Below are positions 41,048-41,229 of a stretch of DNA of 41,229 bases, in pieces (the first letter of the stretch is position 1; every line of letters starts with the position of its first letter). The position numbers and the translations under genes are program-made. Source of the DNA: Candidatus Micrarchaeota archaeon (lineage in GTDB: Archaea > Micrarchaeota > Micrarchaeia > Anstonellales > Bilamarchaeaceae); assembly GCA_040758235.1 (NCBI GenBank), contig JBFLVW010000027.1, forward strand, positions 1 through 41,229, read 5' to 3'. The notes under the pieces were generated by a model. The model saw nothing but the letters and a program-made list of their open reading frames with translations. It made no database searches and was not told the DNA's origin.

Positions 41048-41229
41048 TTAGCCGCCGAATAAGGATTTCAGCCTGTCGAAGAATCCCTTCTTTTTCCTCT
41101 TCTCGTGCTTTTCTTCCGGCTCTTCCTTCTCCTCGCGCATTACCTCTTTTTCTTCAACTTCGCGCTTTTCTTCGATTTCCGGTCTCTTCTCTTCGGGGGG
41201 CTTTTCCGCAATCTCCTTTTTCGGAACGG
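41048..41229 (-). CDS. 3' end of a gene entering from beyond the window; E/K-rich with a C-terminal amphipathic helix
   Basis: Minus frame reads ...VPKKEIAEKPPEEKRPEIEEKREVEEKEVMREEKEEPEEKHEKRKKKGFFDRLKSLFGG-stop (TAA at 41048-41050). Confidence 0.75.
   Translation of the reverse strand, partial: VPKKEIAEKPPEEKRPEIEEKREVEEKEVMREEKEEPEEKHEKRKKKGFFDRLKSLFGG

Overview
This is a high-GC archaeal chromosomal window. Archaeal-type ProRS, a RecJ/GAN-like DHH protein, TATA-box promoters about 25-30 nt before start codons and intron-containing tRNAs support this. A DPANN archaeon, possibly Micrarchaeota-like, is my inference only. The left half is dominated by one 6140-aa gene (1449-19871, minus strand). 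It encodes about 2600 aa of helical repeats, a Gly/Ala-rich hydrophobic segment, an HD/PDEase-like domain (YHNxxH...HD...D) and three tandem PI3K/PI4K/HipA-like kinase modules (K...D[R/G]HxxN...ID). It overlaps an upstream 111-aa gene. A clear homolog of that small gene (91 aa, about 29 identities in about 77 aligned positions by eye) sits directly upstream of a second large protein with a Q/P/R-rich N-terminus (782 aa, 38662-41010). This suggests an undescribed 'small adaptor + effector' cassette system. The right half has housekeeping and accessory genes: DHH, DUF350, proS, an ART-like protein, EamA, ade, an HTH-MNT/HEPN pair, HDAC, a SagB-like protein, a methyltransferase and a glyoxalase/esterase pair. 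It also has two tRNA genes (Gln-UUG, Val-CAC) whose long introns share one ~140-nt structured architecture, an AT-rich two-gene islet, and scattered degenerate 7-bp tandem repeats. All domain calls come from motif reading by eye; no searches were run.
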